Assembly (NCBI GenBank): GCA_028534125.1
Contig: CM052817.1
Span: forward strand, 103,666,001-103,730,000
Source: Lama glama
Lineage: Eukaryota
Length of the DNA stretch: 64,000 nt
Direction of reading: 5' to 3'
A program made the translations under genes and the position numbers. A model generated the notes under the pieces. That model searched no databases and was not told the DNA's origin. It saw only the letters and a program-made list of their open reading frames with translations. Below, piece by piece: positions 63,451 to 64,000 of this stretch; the stretch's first letter is position 1; each line of letters opens with the position of its first letter.

Positions 63451-64000
63451 GGTTGAGTCATGAGGGAGAAGTTAAACACCCAAAGGAGACCTGGAACAAG
63501 TGAACTGTGCTCCCGCACAAGGTGGAAGAGAGACCCTAGACAGTAACAAGAGAGAGGGTGGATGGATACAGTCCCAGGTGGGTGTGCATATTTCACATGT
63601 GACAGATGAGAGAATTTCCCATCTGCAAGCCTCCACTTGCTCTGTGAAGCAGAGGGGCAGTCATCTTCCGACCACGAGGGAAGAGGCTGAGAGACCAGGG
63701 GTTTGAGGAGGGTGGAGGGGGTTTGAAAACGCCATTGTGGGTGTGGGAGGGTGAGCAATCAGTGGAATTTGTGAGACTGCCAGGCAAGACTGCGGGCTTG
63801 CGTGAGATGCTGATTCTGAATTTCTAGTGAATCGATCAACAATCAGATATTTATTGTTGCCTCTCCTGGCAGTTTCCCTGGACTCCTTAAAAATGGGCTG
63901 CTTTCCTTCCATCACAGTCCATTGTCTTGAGCATGAGGCTTGGACTTTATTAGTGGTTTTAAGGCAGCAGGGAATGAACGTCAGCACATCAAGAAGTTGC

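Noticed and set aside
1..64000. CRISPR array, operon, defence system or other prokaryotic/viral system
   Set aside because: No repeat-spacer array and no dense long ORFs; the content is typical eutherian non-coding DNA.

Overview
Mammalian (eutherian) genomic DNA, most likely a camelid (alpaca or camel). This is inferred from eight copies of a tRNA-Ala-derived SINE matching the camelid vic-1 family, plus cetartiodactyl-type L1 5' UTRs. The window is mostly intronic or intergenic and rich in repeats: L1 of several ages, L2, MIR, MLT1 and ERV LTRs, and MER5A and Tigger5/MER47-type DNA transposons. A 500-N gap at 30272-30771 is flanked by a ~512-bp overlap that is probably an assembly artefact. 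I recognise no named protein-coding gene. The ORFs with recognisable homology are LINE-1 remnants, and there are no prokaryotic features such as CRISPR arrays or operons. Non-repeat signals are: a CpG-rich, promoter-like block at ~9.5-10 kb containing a degenerate 9-bp tandem array; candidate plus-strand exons (21517-21570, a donor at 27773, 57191-57329); and a likely terminal exon/3' UTR (58795 to ~60440). Splicing the last two could yield a 52-aa ORF. The best-supported oddities are retrotransposition events: one target site used twice with a third L1 nested inside, a twin-primed inversion, a 3' transduction, a chimeric L1 inside a single TSD, and a possibly spliced L1. I cannot support a new biological system from the sequence alone; the gene and promoter calls are hypotheses. 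Repeat family names come from remembered consensus sequences, and old-repeat boundaries are approximate.
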